Assembly: GCA_049598495.1 (NCBI GenBank)
Contig: JBMYNR010000045.1
Coordinates: 1 to 10,809 of the forward strand
DNA length: 10,809 nucleotides
Reading direction: 5' to 3'
DNA from: Opitutales bacterium
GTDB lineage: Bacteria > Verrucomicrobiota > Verrucomicrobiia > Opitutales > Coraliomargaritaceae
The notes under the pieces are model-generated. The model searched no databases. It was given only the letters and a program-made list of their open reading frames with translations, and was not told the DNA's origin. Below are positions 9,526-10,809 of the stretch, piece by piece; the stretch's first letter is position 1; every line of letters starts with the position of its first letter. The translations under genes and the position numbers were made by a program.

Positions 9526-10665
9526 ATGCATTCAAACCTATTTCGTTTTCTCTTGGCGGCGCTTCTCGCGACGACCCCTCTTTGGGGCCACGGCGATGAT
9601 ACTGGCCACGACCATGCCGACCATATTGAAGAGCTGTCAGCTGAAGTCCCCGAAGTTGCCCCGATCGAAGTTTCTCAGGCGGACCTGATCGAGATGATTG
9701 GCTACCTAACCGCACAGGGCGGGGGAGTGCCCATGCTTGAGCTAAGTGAGGCCGATATCGCTATGCTCGCGGATGGGCTAAATATGGGCCTGAGTGGCGA
9801 GTTTGATGTCATGGCGATCGCACAAACTGAACTTCAGGCGGCGTTTGCCGAGGCGCAGGCTCGAGCCGAAGCCGTCGAGGGCGGCGCCGAAGAGCTTCCT
9901 GCATTCAGCGAGGGATCCCTGAAGAAGATTGGCGCCGTGATGGTAATGCAGTCGGGCCTCGAACAGCTCGGTTTTGGTGCTGAGGATGCCGATCAAATTA
10001 CTGCGGGCTTTATTGCCGGCGCGTCTGCTAAAGAAATGGACCCGTCGTTTGAAGCGAAGTTGCCCGCCTTTCAGGCGTTCATCCAGGAGCGTATTCAGGC
10101 GGCTCAAGCGGACATGATGCGTGCCCAAGAGGCGGCCCTGCAGGAAGCCATGGCTGAGTTCGAAAGCTATGCCGCAGAATGGAAGGAAAAGGAGAATTTC
10201 AACATCGTCCTCCAAACCACGCAGGGCGATGTGACGATCGAGCTCATGCCGAGTGTGGCACCCCTGGCAGTGGCTAATTTCGTCGGGCATATTGAGAATG
10301 GCTACTACGATGGTCTGACCTTCCACCGTATCATCAAAGACTTTATGATCCAGGGCGGCGATCCGGTTGGCAACGGCACGGGTGGAGAATCCATCTGGGG
10401 GAAGAACTTTCCCGATGAATTTAGTCCGGACGTCCGCTTCGACACAGAGGGCCTCCTTGCGATGGCCAACTCGGGCCCGATGACTAATGGCAGCCAGTTC
10501 TTTATCACCACCAGCACCCCTGAATGGCTGAATGACAAACACACGATTTTCGGCAAGGTCGTCGAAGGTTACGAGAACGTGGAGAAGCTCGAAGGTGTGG
10601 AAACGGGTGCGCAGGATGTGCCGGTCGAGGCGCAGGCGATCATCAAGGCCTACGTGGTCGAGTAG
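9526..10665 (+). CDS. Exported cyclophilin-type peptidyl-prolyl isomerase with His-rich N-terminus and duplicated helical N-terminal domain, 379 aa
   Basis: Signal peptide MHSNLFRFLLAALLATTPLWG; C-terminal cyclophilin domain (about aa 226-379) with YYDGLTFHRIIKDFMIQGGDP.G.GTGG.SIWG..F.DEF, LAMANSGP.TNGSQFFIT, WLNDKHTIFGKV. Confidence 0.93.
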   Translation: MHSNLFRFLLAALLATTPLWGHGDDTGHDHADHIEELSAEVPEVAPIEVSQADLIEMIGYLTAQGGGVPMLELSEADIAMLADGLNMGLSGEFDVMAIAQTELQAAFAEAQARAEAVEGGAEELPAFSEGSLKKIGAVMVMQSGLEQLGFGAEDADQITAGFIAGASAKEMDPSFEAKLPAFQAFIQERIQAAQADMMRAQEAALQEAMAEFESYAAEWKEKENFNIVLQTTQGDVTIELMPSVAPLAVANFVGHIENGYYDGLTFHRIIKDFMIQGGDPVGNGTGGESIWGKNFPDEFSPDVRFDTEGLLAMANSGPMTNGSQFFITTSTPEWLNDKHTIFGKVVEGYENVEKLEGVETGAQDVPVEAQAIIKAYVVE

Positions 10666-10688
10666 GATTGTATCGATTCAATGTTTCC

Positions 10689-10725
10689 AAGCCCGCGTGT
10701 CGCCAGACGCGTGGGCTTTTTGTTT
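10689..10725 (+). terminator. Rho-independent terminator after the PPIase gene
   Basis: 13-bp stem AAGCCCGCGTGTC-GCCA-GACGCGTGGGCTT (two G-U pairs) followed by TTTGTTT, 23 nt after stop 10665. Confidence 0.8.
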
Positions 10726-10790
10726 CTCGCTTTCGCAGGGCCTCAGATGGTCTGATACCACCTGCCAAAAAGTTTGAACTGGTTACAAAG

Positions 10791-10809
10791 GTAGGGACGG
10801 CTGCCCTGG
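10791..10809 (+). repeat. Probable GTAG-type REP element, truncated by the window edge
   Basis: GTAG tetranucleotide followed by GC-rich GGACGGCTGCCCTGG. The second palindrome arm would lie outside the window. Confidence 0.35.

Overview
GC-rich bacterial window, most consistent with Verrucomicrobiota/Opitutae (inference from gene styles and weak Shine-Dalgarno use). In order: (1) a hairpin/REP-like cluster at 1-206; (2) an exported S1 sulfatase split by a frameshift in a C8 homopolymer; (3) a three-gene module of circularly permuted ATP-grasp ligase, alpha-E protein with a C-terminal Q6 tail and transglutaminase-like protein, preceded by a well-spaced sigma54-type -24/-12 motif and lacking the Anbu peptidase often linked to such operons; (4) a convergent dimeric glycyl-tRNA synthetase (glyQS); (5) a DUF374/acyltransferase-like gene; (6) a roughly 425 bp intergenic region rich in hairpins; (7) an orphan NtrC-family sigma54 response regulator; (8) an exported cyclophilin whose N-terminal half has a His-rich tip and two tandem helical repeats resembling the FkpA/Mip (FKBP_N) domain; (9) an intrinsic terminator and a truncated GTAG REP-like element. 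The most unusual items are the chimeric PPIase, the possibly sigma54-controlled peptide ligation module with its poly-Gln tail, and the structured intergenic element. All family calls come from motif recognition; no searches were run.
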